DNA from: Naegleria gruberi
Lineage: Eukaryota
Assembly: GCA_000004985.1 (NCBI GenBank)
Contig: GG738907.1
Length of the DNA: 64,000 nt
Direction: 5' to 3' (one strand)
The position numbers and the translations under genes were made by a program. Numbering within the stretch: position 1 is the stretch's first letter; each line of letters begins with the position of its first letter. The notes beneath the pieces were generated by a model. The model saw nothing but the letters and a program-made list of their open reading frames with translations, was not told the origin of the DNA and ran no database searches. Positions 24,047 to 35,729 of this stretch are shown piece by piece.

Positions 24047-26497
24047 TTACATGATTGTGCATTTCCTTTTTCGTGAGGGATTTTGAAGTTTGCTTTTTCT
24101 TCTCTTCAATTCTTGTGATAGGGTGGCATCGTCCTTGGCCAATGCCTGATCAATGATTGGTAATGTTTTCACATACGTCTTGACTCGGGCTCTATACATC
24201 ATGGCTGAAATTTTCTCAAAGGAGCTTTGAATATTCTCCAGAGTGTCTGTATTAACAATGACCACATCCTTAATAAAGTACGAGTAGGTTTTCTGAACCT
24301 CCCATAAATCATTCAAGGAAATCTCGTGTAAGGTGGTATTTTTCGTGATTGTTCCCAGAATGATGGCTGCTGGAGGATCCATGGTTGTTCTTTGCTCATC
24401 CTTCTTTCTAAACTCGATACACTTTTCAATGTACTTGATCATGGCATCGAGGGAACTTCTGCTCGACATGTAGGCAACGAATATGACTCCATCAGTGCCT
24501 CTGAACTTGTATTCTGCACTATTTGGAGCGAGGGAATAGTCCATAAAACTGCACGATTCTACCTTTACTTTGAATTCTTCCTTGTTAAATTTTATACTCT
24601 TACATTCAAAGTCAGTTTTGCCTGGTAAGGTGAATTTCATGTAAATAATTCATGAATAAATATTTGAAAACTTACTCTCGAAAAATAGAGATCTAATTGT
24701 TTGCACAACAAGAAAGTTGACACCAGCAACCAACAAGTAAAAGTAATTGGATGGATCGTAAACTACATTCTTCTTTTTAGGAATGACAACCTTTTGTTGC
24801 AGAGATTGAGTATTCACATACGAGTAGAGTCTCTTGTAGGAAATGTTCAATGACTTTTTACATTCGAGATCCCTCATGTACTCTTCCAGCTTGTCAATGG
24901 TTGGAAAATTAGGATAGACATATTGCCACAGTATCATGTATTTCCAAAAACCTTCCACAATACTATTCTTGAATTGATCTTCATTTTCAGGATCAAATTC
25001 AAGAGCCGAGTGAAAACTTTTAGAAATGAGCATTAAATTAAAATAATCACGAGTAAGCTCTGCTGGGAATGGTGTATATTTCGGATAGTGGCCTATTCTT
25101 CTCATGGTTGAGCTGGAATTTCTTCTCGATATGGTAGAATTACTCGAATCTATAGGTGTTATTGAACTAGGAGAAAAGGAACCAATCATGTTAGTACCTG
25201 TTGGTGAAAAGGAAAAGTCAGCAAACAAGCTTGACGTATGGGTTGTTGTACATAGTATAAAACTGGCAATGTGTAAAATAATTTCTTGTGGACAGTCAGA
25301 AAGATTCGAATAATTCCTAATTTTTTGTCGTTTAGGTTTTTGACTAGAAAGCTGTGACAGTGTACTACTCAACCTCCTGATGAATTTTAAATTTGATGAA
25401 GGATTATTAGTCGGTGATGAAAGTACTTCATCTTGCTCCGTGAGACAAATTATTGTTGTTGGGTCAATCAGGCATGTGGCATTTGCCGTCATTTTTTCAC
25501 CATTATTTTCAAGTGTTTGGTTATTTTTATCTCCTTCCTGATCAATCTGGGAACGATTTTCCCTTCCCAAAACCTTGTCATTAATCAAACAGTTTTCTGC
25601 TGGGTTGCCTTCTTCTGTATGTCTTTCGTTTGAGGAAGAATGAAAGCTCAGTTCTTCTCTACTACTGCAACTAGTATTAGTTGTTGGTGATTCGACAAAT
25701 GGTACGACATTTGATTCATTACTGCAACAACTAATATTTGATAAGCTGTGATTCGTATTGTGGACTCCTGAAACAGATGAGGAAAATGACTTGAATGAGG
25801 ATAAAGTATTAGTGGTTGAATGTTTCTTCTTGTTAGGTGTTATTAGAGAGCCATCTACTGTTAGAAATTGAGTGTTAGAAGGACTCTTATTTAGTGGTGG
25901 AGAATGGTAATGTTTCTTTGCCATCTTGGATTCTTTAGATTTACGTAAGAGTCTTGTGAGAATGTTATTTCCCTTAATGGTCAAACTTTGACCATTAGTT
26001 AGTAGTGAAGGTTGAGTAGTATTTGATGTTATTGAGATGGTTGGAATGGCAGTGTTAGTGAGGGCAATAGAAGGAGGACATGCTTGATTATTCTTATTAT
26101 TCGAAACGAGGGTCTCTGAGCGAGAGAATGAATCTCTAGATTTCTGAGAAACTTTAGGTAATGGATTCGAGCTGGATCTTCCTCTTGTCTTACTTTCATC
26201 TGGAGCAAAACTTGGACTAGCCATTGAATCTGTCTCATGAATAGAACATCTCTTCAAATTTGCTGATTGACTAGCCAATAAATCATTCCTCTCCTGAATA
26301 CCAACATCATGCTTTGAAACTTGATTTAAATTTCTACTAAATATTGAAAGAGAGCTAACGACACCATTAATACTATTTGATGAAATATCCAATCTTGAAA
26401 AGGATAAATTTGAGCCTTGATTTCTCTTACGACGTTGTTTCGTATAAGATGGAGCCAATTGAGCAGTTGAAAGTAGTACTACTTGATGAGAGGGCAT
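24047..26497 (-). CDS. F-box protein of about 800 aa with a C-terminal Ras-like domain that has no P-loop, ending in a polybasic stretch and a CaaX box. Two exons.
   Basis: Exon 1 is 26497..24676 and exon 2 is 24621..24047. The 54-nt intron runs 24675..24622, GTAAGT...CAG. It joins the supplied ORFs 24650..26497 and 24047..24640 in frame, and the track's M at 24640 lies inside the intron. The F-box-like motif is LSDCPQEIILHIASFIL. The C-terminal domain has a Ras-fold-like pattern (YLLVAG, TDGVIFVAY, ILGTITK) but no GxxxxGK[ST]. The tail reads KRRKSKLQNPSRKRKCTIM, polybasic plus CaaX. Confidence 0.6.
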
Positions 26498-27542
26498 GAT
26501 AATTTCATCAACAACAACAACAATTCATCAAGATGTTTTTTCTTCTTCTTTCCTTATTGTATTTTCCGTATATAATGTTCTAATGAAAGGCTTGATGTTT
26601 TTCTCTCAAAGAGTTTGCAATTAATAATGATGATGATGTATTCAACCAACAACAACAACAGCAGCTAGCAATACTTGTCTTTTTTTCGTATTTGGTTTCA
26701 TAGAGAACAAAATCTACAAGAGATAATACAAAGTGAGATGAAGGGAAAGGCTTCTTCATGGCATATGAAAGGTTGATGGATTCAATCGTGTTTAGGGACG
26801 GAAACTTGCTTATTCTCAAATGTTATCAAAAACTACCTTTCTCTTCCGAAAGTTGATGATATCTCTTCAATATGATGATAGTGGTTAGAAGTTCTACGTA
26901 TTTAATTAAATAACCAATTTAAATAATATATTTATAATATATAGTGGGTATGATTGATATGACTTGAAAGAACATAAATAATTAGATTCATCATTGTTGA
27001 TTTGTTGATGGAGAAATCTCTCTTCCGTTCGGTGTTATGGCAAGCTTTACTAATGAGAAAGATGCGTATTGGGAGATTGGAATAGAAGAGTTAATCTCTC
27101 TTAGATATTACTATGAATACATGGAATCTTTCATGAAGTCCTTCGCAGTGTGATGAATTGATGAAGCTAGTAGAATTTTTTTAAATGTTGTTCAAAAGTA
27201 AAGAAACTAAGTGAACAAGACATTAGCACAATTAATTGTTAGATAATTCTATCGATCAAAGATACCAAAACAATATTTTTATTTTTTTAATTTAAATTTA
27301 AAAAAATGGCGGCTAACGGCTAGTTATTTACCATAGACACTTTTCAGGCTCGTTTGATCAAAAAGTAAAATTTAAAGTAAAATTTTCCTTCTCCCCTCTC
27401 TTAGGACAATAAACAAAATTCATTATCATCAATTATTGAACCATCATCATTCCTCTTCACCATCACCCAGATAACTTTTGAAATACAAAAAGAAAAAAAC
27501 AAAGAACTTCATCATCAAGAAGAACAATAAGAAGAAAAAAAA

Positions 27543-28316
27543 ATGTTTGATTGGATACGTTTTATATGGGCTTTGATCGTGATTTACCTCTTCAAGGGAA
27601 AGGAAAATATCATACAGACAAAGGCTGAATTGGCCAAGCAAGAACACTTTCCAAAGAAGAAGAAACAAGAAGAACAAGTCTCGCATCATCATGCCGAAGA
27701 TGTTTATCACGAAATTGTACCATCACATAAACATGTTACTCACTATTTGGTAACTCCTTTTGATTTGGACTGGAATTTGCACATGAATAATGCTCAATAT
27801 TTAACTGCTATGGAATTGGGAAGAGTTTCATACTTTTTGACAACAGGATTACAAACAAGAGCTAGAAAGCTTAAAGTTAATCCATTGTTGATGGGAGTAT
27901 CATTCCAATTTAGAAAAGATGTTGGTTGTTTTACTAATATCAAATTGGAAACACAAGTAATTTCCTATGATGACAAATTCATGTATTTTGAACAAACCTT
28001 GTCAACTGGTAAACATCAACATATTGGAAGAGGTATTGCTCGTGTTGGTTTTGCTCAGAGAGGAAAGGGATTGCTCTCCAGTCAAGATTGGATTAAACTT
28101 CTCCCAACAAACAGTAAATCAGAAGAGGAAATGAAATTGGCAGAAGCTATGCATCTTGATAAACAAATCGAAAAGGCCAAGACTTTCCTGAGAGAAGATC
28201 AATCACAAACAGTTAGTGTTGATGAACACGCTCAAGCTAGTATGGCAAAGGAAGTTTTAAAGAGATTGGAAAGAGTCAAGACTTTTGCTGCTCACGATTT
28301 GACTTTGAAGGAGTAA
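27543..28316 (+). CDS. hotdog-fold thioesterase, THEM6-like (4HBT_2 family)
   Basis: It has an N-terminal hydrophobic anchor. The core VTPFDLDWNLHMNNAQYLTAMELGR is the thioesterase-superfamily signature, and the C-terminus is charged. Confidence 0.65.
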   Translation: MFDWIRFIWALIVIYLFKGKENIIQTKAELAKQEHFPKKKKQEEQVSHHHAEDVYHEIVPSHKHVTHYLVTPFDLDWNLHMNNAQYLTAMELGRVSYFLTTGLQTRARKLKVNPLLMGVSFQFRKDVGCFTNIKLETQVISYDDKFMYFEQTLSTGKHQHIGRGIARVGFAQRGKGLLSSQDWIKLLPTNSKSEEEMKLAEAMHLDKQIEKAKTFLREDQSQTVSVDEHAQASMAKEVLKRLERVKTFAAHDLTLKE

Positions 28317-28582
28317 CACTTTGTTAATTTTGGATATTTACTTAATAATTAAAAAATTAATTATTAAATATTTCAGCAAACGATATTTTCCAATATTTTC
28401 GTCTAATTTCTGATCGCATCACCAGACAGGAATTAACAATGATTTAATGAAACAATACATTCTTTTTATTATCAAGTCATGAAAACCAATGAAAAGACAA
28501 GCAATAATATCATGTCTGACAACTGCTAATTTTGTACAATACTGTCCCCAATTATTCATTTGGTAATACTTGTCGCAATTAG

Positions 28583-31120
28583 ATGCCACTTTATGAAAAA
28601 GAACAAAAGAAAAAAATGGCACAAGTTGAAACGTTAGATTCGTGTAGTTCAATTCAAGAGCCAATAGTGCCAGAAAGTCAGCAAGAGACTTGTCTCATAA
28701 GTGCTGACAATGATTCTAAACTTGAAGAATCTCAAGTTCATCTCTCCGAAATATCAACATCATCTTCACCTTCAGTTCACCAACAACCCGAAAATCCAAA
28801 CTCATCCCTATTTGAATTGTCAAATTACTTTGGTATTGGCCATTTATTGGATGAAACACAAGAGTATTCATATGAAACTTGTCAATTTACAAGTTGTTCT
28901 CAACAATGTCATGAATTTTTATTTAAATTCCATCACGGATTACTCTCTTCGAAGCCTAATTCATTGATGATAGATTTCGATTGGGAAGATCACATTGATG
29001 TAGTTTCCGTCATCCTTCAGCTTGTAAACCAATCTGAAGAAAAGTCGATAGACATGGCTTCTACACAGTTAAAAGCAAAAATTTATGTAAAATGTGCTGA
29101 ATCAACTGTTGATTTGCAGATCAATGCAATTTCAGGCATTCCTTTGACAAGTTGGATTGGAAAATTGGTCTTGCCGATTGTGAAATTTTCTCACTTGCCT
29201 TCAACACTTTCAAACTTGAAAGAATTCGTTCCACTGAGCGAAGAATTGAGTGAGGAGATGAAAATGGTATTCTTCTCTAGTTATCCTTCACTATTCAGAC
29301 AATATTTCAATCATTTTCCAAGTGTTAATGATCAGAAAAATGCAAACATGGTATTATCCGATTTTTTGATTGGTTTATTATGGATTGGTTGTTTGAATAT
29401 TGAAAAATCCAATGAAATTTCATCCAGAGTGAGGACTGTCATGCAAAGATCGATAGGATGTCTTCAGTATTGGATTAGTAATTATGGATTTTGTTTTGAT
29501 GTGCTGAGTAGCAATTTTGTCAAATCATCCCTTCAACAAATTGAAGAATTATTGAACAAGATTGAAAAGAATGAGTGGAAAGATGAATTAAGTGGAGTTT
29601 TGAAATTAATTTCAGAAGATTCATTGAATCAACATGCATTTCCATTATCTTTCAATGATTGGTCGGAATATCTTTCAAACAAGAGGAAGGAGTTGGGTCT
29701 TGATGAAGAGGAAGAAGAAAATGCAGAAGAAGAAACTCAAGAAGCAGATGAAGAAGAGGAGTATACTCAAGTTGAAGAGGAAGGAGAGGACGAAGATGAA
29801 GAGGAAGAGGAGGAAGAAGTAGATGTCTCTGAAATGTTCAACAAGCTATCCTCCTTCATTCTCTCCCAACATGATTTGCAAGCCACTGAAATTCCTGAAG
29901 TATTTGCAAATCAAGAGGAAATTCTGCTTGCTAATTTACCAAATGACATTGACAGTGTTTATTCTATCGTTTTGGATATAATGAGAAAGTCTAATCCCGA
30001 AAAGGCATCATTTTTTGAGGAGTTAGCACAACCTGATTTGTATCTTCATTTCATAATGCAATGGTCTCCTCTTGAAATTGCCAAGCAATTGACAAACTAT
30101 GAGTTTACTAATCATTTTGAACAATGCAAGACTCATGACTTTTTCTCAACAGGCGCACTCAGTAATAATCAAAGTAATTTGGATCAAATGATTGACAGAT
30201 TTAATTGGATGTCATTGTGGATTGTTTACACCATTCTAAGACAAGAAAGTTTGGAGAATCGTGTGAAAATTATTGGATATTTTGTTCAAGTCATGTTTTT
30301 CACATTATCCTTACAAAATTATCAAAATACCATGTGTATCATTAGTGCATTCCACAATAGTTGCATCTCTAAATTGGCAACAGCTTGGAAGGAGGTTAGC
30401 GAATTGAGAGATCAGACCAATGCTTTTACTTATCATCAATTTCTTGAAGGAGTCAATGATTTACTCTCACTTCAAAAGAAATTTTTCAAATTGAAATATC
30501 ACATTATTCAAAATATTGAAACAAGTTTGGAAAACAATGAAGAAGGCACTCAATTCTCCTGCATTCCATATGTTGGTGTTTGGCTTGGTGAAATTTCCAG
30601 TATTGAAACTTATTATAATGACTTTGTTTCACCACCAACTCATCTCAAACAACATCACAGTCACATTTCAAATTCCAACACGACTCTTCACACCCACCAA
30701 TATCCTCATCACTATCTGTTCAACTATGAAAAGAAGAGATTAATCACCAAACCTCTCAAGGAAATTCAAACATTCCAAAAGCTTTCCTTGCACACTGAAA
30801 ATGAAAACATTTCACTCTTCAAATCTGTACCATTACTGTTACATGTCCTGTCAACTAATGAAATGATCAAGGCGCTTCCTCTCGATCCATCAAATAGTTC
30901 TAATAGTCCAAGCTCAAATGGACCAACGAATGAGAGTGCTCTTTCTGTAAATTCTCAACATTCTGATTTGAGTCCAGCACTTTCGAATATTTCATTGAGC
31001 TCGAATGGATCTGGTTTCTTCCAAGGTCAATCGACAGTCATGTTAAAATCCGTAACAAATAGTGAATATATGAAGAAGATATTCCGTGAAATGACAAAGG
31101 AAATTCTTCAAAAGGAATAA
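28583..31120 (+). CDS. RasGEF (CDC25-homology) domain protein of 845 aa
   Basis: The C-terminal half carries the CDC25 catalytic-domain motifs: LEIAKQLTNYEFTNHFEQCKTHDF, CIISAFHNSCISKLATAWKEVS and IPYVGVWLGEI. There is an acidic E/D-rich linker at 29690..29820. Confidence 0.75.
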   Translation: MPLYEKEQKKKMAQVETLDSCSSIQEPIVPESQQETCLISADNDSKLEESQVHLSEISTSSSPSVHQQPENPNSSLFELSNYFGIGHLLDETQEYSYETCQFTSCSQQCHEFLFKFHHGLLSSKPNSLMIDFDWEDHIDVVSVILQLVNQSEEKSIDMASTQLKAKIYVKCAESTVDLQINAISGIPLTSWIGKLVLPIVKFSHLPSTLSNLKEFVPLSEELSEEMKMVFFSSYPSLFRQYFNHFPSVNDQKNANMVLSDFLIGLLWIGCLNIEKSNEISSRVRTVMQRSIGCLQYWISNYGFCFDVLSSNFVKSSLQQIEELLNKIEKNEWKDELSGVLKLISEDSLNQHAFPLSFNDWSEYLSNKRKELGLDEEEEENAEEETQEADEEEEYTQVEEEGEDEDEEEEEEEVDVSEMFNKLSSFILSQHDLQATEIPEVFANQEEILLANLPNDIDSVYSIVLDIMRKSNPEKASFFEELAQPDLYLHFIMQWSPLEIAKQLTNYEFTNHFEQCKTHDFFSTGALSNNQSNLDQMIDRFNWMSLWIVYTILRQESLENRVKIIGYFVQVMFFTLSLQNYQNTMCIISAFHNSCISKLATAWKEVSELRDQTNAFTYHQFLEGVNDLLSLQKKFFKLKYHIIQNIETSLENNEEGTQFSCIPYVGVWLGEISSIETYYNDFVSPPTHLKQHHSHISNSNTTLHTHQYPHHYLFNYEKKRLITKPLKEIQTFQKLSLHTENENISLFKSVPLLLHVLSTNEMIKALPLDPSNSSNSPSSNGPTNESALSVNSQHSDLSPALSNISLSSNGSGFFQGQSTVMLKSVTNSEYMKKIFREMTKEILQKE

Positions 31121-31136
31121 ACACAGTCTGTCAAGT

Positions 31137-32516
31137 TTATTTATGCCACAATTTATAGAAATCTGTCAATCCTTCACACTGAACTGCTTTAAGAGTCAAT
31201 TCATGATCCAATTCCAAATCAGCATTTTCCAAAGCTGTTCTCATACCAAACACTTTCCAACCATTGAACAGAACAAAATTATAAGAACCTTTTGAAAAGA
31301 ATGGGGTTGTGTAAATTAATACACAAGTTGTGGTATTTGCAGGAATTGTAATTGAAGTGTTGTCATTCCAATCTTCAGCGTTGGAAGTGTAATTGTAAAC
31401 ACATGACCATGAAACTGAACTGACAGAGTTTCGTTTAGTATCATTTTGATTAGGAGTTCCCAAATAAACACTAGCTCCTTCATAACCACTGCTCCAACCA
31501 CAACTTCCTCCATGAGACAATGTAAATGAAATATTCGATGCCTTGGTATTCTTGATAAAGAAACATCCCAACATTGCTCTCGGATACTGATAAAAGTTTC
31601 CATTATTATTCAAGCAAGTATGCTGTTCCTTAAAAAGGAAAGTTCCAGTGGAACCTTGAAGAAATTCAACAGCAGGAGGTCTACTGAAAAGCACATACGT
31701 ATTATTGTAGCTGTGAGTGCCACACAATATGGCAGCCATGTTCTCAGCACCTGCAGAATGCCATTGACCAAGTTGAGAAGTAAAAGCTGCGTTGTCACTA
31801 TTCGAATCTTCACATCTTGAAAGAATTCCAAATACGAAAGGTAACGAATTGGAATTCATTATCAAACTCTTGTCCATTTTTTTAACCTTTCTTGCATTCT
31901 CCTCAAATAGCTCCTTAATTTCCTTAACTTCATCCCTTGCTTGCATGTACATTTTCTTCCAATATTCATTGTCTTGGGAGAGCATGTTGATTTTGAAAGA
32001 GAAGGAATCGATCATCTTTTGGATTCGTTTTTCCAACAATTGTGCATTCTTTTCTAGAGCTGTTTCTTGGGTGCCAGTGTTGATTTCGGATAGAGCCAAG
32101 TAAAATACGAAACTTTCATCACTAATGCTATCGTAAATGGTGAATCTCAAGTAGAGGAAGGCGCCTCCTACCTTGGAAATGATGCCAAGAGATGGTAAAC
32201 TGTTAATTCTGGCACTAGTCTTGTAATTTTCCAAACTTTTTGGACTAAAGAAAAAGTATCCTAAATGTTGTTGATTATTCGAAGGTTTGGAGAATAACAA
32301 CTTGCAAGAATTAAAAAAGGCACGCAAATTGTTCTTTCCTTCACAATTTTGGGGAGTTCCAATGGAGAGAATTTCTTGGGCAGATTTTACAGAGCTGACA
32401 AATGTCTTGCTCTTGTTAGACAGTTGGAGGGTGAAATTTTCTTCTGACAAGGAGAGGTTCACTTTGAATGAAAGGTTTCTCTCTGGATCAAGAGAAATAT
32501 CGTTTTCGAATTGCAT
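31137..32516 (-). CDS. hypothetical protein of 459 aa
   Basis: A single ORF with an ATG at 32516 and matching codon bias. I recognised no domain. Confidence 0.4.
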   Translation of the reverse strand: MQFENDISLDPERNLSFKVNLSLSEENFTLQLSNKSKTFVSSVKSAQEILSIGTPQNCEGKNNLRAFFNSCKLLFSKPSNNQQHLGYFFFSPKSLENYKTSARINSLPSLGIISKVGGAFLYLRFTIYDSISDESFVFYLALSEINTGTQETALEKNAQLLEKRIQKMIDSFSFKINMLSQDNEYWKKMYMQARDEVKEIKELFEENARKVKKMDKSLIMNSNSLPFVFGILSRCEDSNSDNAAFTSQLGQWHSAGAENMAAILCGTHSYNNTYVLFSRPPAVEFLQGSTGTFLFKEQHTCLNNNGNFYQYPRAMLGCFFIKNTKASNISFTLSHGGSCGWSSGYEGASVYLGTPNQNDTKRNSVSSVSWSCVYNYTSNAEDWNDNTSITIPANTTTCVLIYTTPFFSKGSYNFVLFNGWKVFGMRTALENADLELDHELTLKAVQCEGLTDFYKLWHK

Positions 32517-32624
32517 ATTTTTTTTTTGTTTGACAAGTTTTCTTGCAAGACATTTGACATGATTTGTGAATTCGAAAGCAAGTTGTCAAATTTTCATATC
32601 AAGTCATCAAACATTCGTAAAAAA

Positions 32625-33575
32625 ATGCAAAAGTTTGAAAGTTCTTTCAATTTCAAAGCTTCTACTCCAGTTTCTTCTTCTCCTTCTTCCCAGCTCTCAA
32701 GTTTAATCCAAGTTAAGCGAGACGAAATTTTAAACTATAGTTCAGAATCCAACAAACGTTTCTTCAAGGAATCTCTCAACATTGAACAAACCAACATTTG
32801 GCTATTTGGACAACCAGGTGTTGGCAAGTCAAAACTTACAAATTCCTTGTTTAAATCATTACACGGAGTTTTCGACAAGGAAACAGTTGCAATCTCCGGA
32901 GGTTCCACCAATAGCCACGTGACCCAAGACTTGAAGTACATTCCCCTTTATTCACCAATACTTTCTGGTGGAAAACCTGGTAATGTACGTGTTGTGGATG
33001 CTTGGGGTAACGATGGTTCCAATTATGATCCAACCCTATTCGAAAGTATTTTGAAAGGAAAGGTTTCGAATAATTCACAACAAAAGAGTTTGAAACCAAG
33101 TGCAAAAGAAGATAAGAGCAGACAAGTGCATGCTATTGTTTTTGTAGTGACTGCTTCTTCGTGCTCTTCTGATCAGGACTGCAAAATGATTGCTCAATAT
33201 AGCAAAATTGCAATGCAAAATAATCTTTATCCTATTTTGGTAATCACAAAGGTTGACTGTTTGAATGAAGAATTCAAGACTCATCCTGAAAAAATTGATT
33301 CTGATCCTGCTGTCAAGAAGGCTGTCATGGATGTTTGTCAAAATACTGGAATTGAACCTGATTCAGTTTTTTGCACAAGAAATTTGGCAGTTGACATTCA
33401 AAAGGAAAGAAATGATTTCATTGTTTTGAGAAATCTTGAAATTTTAGAAGCATGCCTATCAGCAGCTGATAGATTTTTCGAATATAAGGCCTATTTCTCA
33501 AATGAGAATGAAAATGTAGAACTTTCTAATAGTTTAGTTTTAAATGCAAAATACATTGGTGATTTATTGGAATAA
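32625..33575 (+). CDS. TRAFAC-class P-loop GTPase, septin/AIG1-like
   Basis: G1 is WLFGQPGVGKSKLTNSLF, G3 is VVDAWG (DxxG) and G4 is ITKVD (NKxD-like). I chose the ATG at 32625 (MQKFESS). The supplied ORF begins upstream at 32511, where it overlaps the divergent neighbour's start. Confidence 0.6.
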   Translation: MQKFESSFNFKASTPVSSSPSSQLSSLIQVKRDEILNYSSESNKRFFKESLNIEQTNIWLFGQPGVGKSKLTNSLFKSLHGVFDKETVAISGGSTNSHVTQDLKYIPLYSPILSGGKPGNVRVVDAWGNDGSNYDPTLFESILKGKVSNNSQQKSLKPSAKEDKSRQVHAIVFVVTASSCSSDQDCKMIAQYSKIAMQNNLYPILVITKVDCLNEEFKTHPEKIDSDPAVKKAVMDVCQNTGIEPDSVFCTRNLAVDIQKERNDFIVLRNLEILEACLSAADRFFEYKAYFSNENENVELSNSLVLNAKYIGDLLE

Positions 33576-34439
33576 TTACAATAAACATTGCTTGAGTTTT
33601 GAATGTAATTCATCAGGGAGCGAATCTATTGAGATTTCTTTTGTTGAATATTTGAAAGGTATCTCAATAAAACCAATGGAATTGAATTGTGACATTTCGT
33701 CAAATGACATTTTTGGTTGATTTTTAAATCTGAGAAATAAACACGTTCCTGAGGCATTTCTCACAAGATCATCCAAACTAGCATGAAAAATTTGATCTAA
33801 ATTTCTTTGAATTTCTCTTGCATCACTTTCTCTCAAAGCCACAAACACGTTGAGAATTTTCTTATTCGAAACTTTTCTTTCACAATATTCACTATACGAA
33901 AGTATACTATATTCGATATATCTTCCAACATTTTTCAATGGGTTGCTACTACTCTCCACAATACTAATCTCCAAACAGTTGGAAATGAGTGAAACAACTT
34001 CTTGAATCCATTTCTGCATGTTTTCACAATTGTCAACTAGGATGAAGAGAAGATCAGCAATTTTTTCACTGGTTGTTGGTTTTGTTTGATGAATGGAAAC
34101 TGCAGAAACCGAAGGTTGATTAGGATGAGAATATCTTGTTGGATTGACATAAGAATTTGATTGATTCGAATATGTTGGTGGATTCGAATAATAATTTCCC
34201 ACTCCTCCACCTCCACCTGTGTAAATGTAATTATTATTGTTATTTCCACCATAAAAATTTGATTCTAACTGACTCACACGAATCTCCAAACGCGTGAGAC
34301 GATTACTAATAATCTCAAGAGTTTCTTGTTGTTGTCTATTGTTAAGTTGAAGCAGATTCGAAATACCTTCAGTAATCATATCATAGGCATTATTTTTCAC
34401 CTGGAGAGTTTCAATAGTGGACGATGAAGAATTGCCCAT
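33576..34439 (-). CDS. hypothetical N-myristoylation-motif protein with a coiled-coil and a poly-N/G tract
   Basis: I chose the ATG at 34439, which encodes MGNSSSS. The tool's ORF starts at 34475. Its stop abuts the stop of the convergent GTPase gene at 33575/33576. Confidence 0.45.
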   Translation of the reverse strand: MGNSSSSTIETLQVKNNAYDMITEGISNLLQLNNRQQQETLEIISNRLTRLEIRVSQLESNFYGGNNNNNYIYTGGGGGVGNYYSNPPTYSNQSNSYVNPTRYSHPNQPSVSAVSIHQTKPTTSEKIADLLFILVDNCENMQKWIQEVVSLISNCLEISIVESSSNPLKNVGRYIEYSILSYSEYCERKVSNKKILNVFVALRESDAREIQRNLDQIFHASLDDLVRNASGTCLFLRFKNQPKMSFDEMSQFNSIGFIEIPFKYSTKEISIDSLPDELHSKLKQCLL

Positions 34440-34523
34440 CTTGTTTTTTTTTTTGATTGATGGGAGAATTCTCATGACAGTTTTATTGAATACAAATATT
34501 TGTTGTGATGACTGACAGGAAGT

Positions 34524-35729
34524 TTACAGGTTGGATCTTCTCTTGTTGTGCTCTCTCAAGCAAAACTCAATGGTTTCCCTTCCAATATTAATTTCTCCGC
34601 AATGAGCTTGTTCAAATCCTTCACAACCTGGCGATGAATTAATTTCACAAATTTTGTAAACATTTTCATGATCGAGTAAAATGTCAACTCCTGAAATATC
34701 CAAATGACATTCCTTTGTGGTCAACCGTGCCAATCTTTCTAGCTCTTCATTCATTGGAAATTTTTCACACAAAGCTCCTTGATGAAAATTTGCTTTGAAA
34801 TTTCCATTCGTTGATTTTCTCATCATTGAGCCAACTACCATATCTCCCATTACAATAATTCGTAAATCCTTTCCACTCGAATTGGAAATAAACTCTTGCA
34901 ATATCCAATTATTTGAGGTTGAAATTATTTCATTTAAATCTTGAAGTTGATTTCTGTCCTTAATTAGAATAATTCCCTTTCCTTGACTTCCATTCGTCTT
35001 TTTCAAAACCTTTGGATAGCCACCTAGTTTCTGCTCAATCCATTCGAATCTAGTGAGTGGAAATGTTGCAGCAATTGTTTTTGGAATGGAAATTCTCTTT
35101 CGTGCTAGAGTTTGCATTGTAACAAGTTTATCCTTTGAAATTTCCATTCCTTTTGAAGAATTCAAAACCAAACACTGTTCGAAACTTTCCAAAAATCGTA
35201 AAAGAGCCATTTCACAATACGTAATTTTAGCTCCACATCTATTAATGATGACATTTGGCAATTCCACTATTTTCCCATCATATTCCACTTGATTTTGCAA
35301 CAAGTCAGTTTCTGAATCAGCACACACTGAAAACAATCCAGTTACCTTACTCGAAACCAACACACCAGCTCTCCATCCTTCCTCAATAATCCTTCGTCGA
35401 GTATAATTCAATTCCTGATTGGTTGAAATAATCCAAACTCTCAATTTTGCTTTTTTATATCCAAAACCTTTAATCATTTGCAAGCCGTGCTCTTCCGAGT
35501 TGTACAATGTATCATCCTGTGCATTCAAATAAATAATCATCTTGGAATGGGATGAAGAGGATGAAGAGGAAATATATTTTGGTTTTAATTGAAATGATAA
35601 AGCATATTCAGGAATTGTAATTTCTCTTGAGGATGACAATTCCGATGCAGATGATGATGATGATGAGGTGTAGATCTCTTTCGTCATTGGTTCTGCCTTA
35701 ATTGTTACTAATTTTCCATTGGTTAGCAA
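34524..35729 (-). CDS. RimK-type ATP-grasp ligase (RIMKL/alpha-L-glutamate-ligase-like)
   Basis: The ATP-grasp motifs are NRCGAKITYCE, GGYPKVLKKTNGSQGKGIILIKD, DLRIIVMGDMVVGSMMRK..NFKANFHQG and the catalytic loop LDISGVDILLD...YKICEINSSPG. Confidence 0.7.
   Translation of the reverse strand: MLTNGKLVTIKAEPMTKEIYTSSSSSSASELSSSREITIPEYALSFQLKPKYISSSSSSSHSKMIIYLNAQDDTLYNSEEHGLQMIKGFGYKKAKLRVWIISTNQELNYTRRRIIEEGWRAGVLVSSKVTGLFSVCADSETDLLQNQVEYDGKIVELPNVIINRCGAKITYCEMALLRFLESFEQCLVLNSSKGMEISKDKLVTMQTLARKRISIPKTIAATFPLTRFEWIEQKLGGYPKVLKKTNGSQGKGIILIKDRNQLQDLNEIISTSNNWILQEFISNSSGKDLRIIVMGDMVVGSMMRKSTNGNFKANFHQGALCEKFPMNEELERLARLTTKECHLDISGVDILLDHENVYKICEINSSPGCEGFEQAHCGEINIGRETIEFCLREHNKRRSNL

Noticed and set aside
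27300-27330. GC-rich island atggcggctaacggctag in AT-rich intergenic DNA; considered as a snRNA or ncRNA
   Set aside because: No recognisable snRNA boxes or structure. It is more likely a promoter or UTR element of the divergent gene pair.
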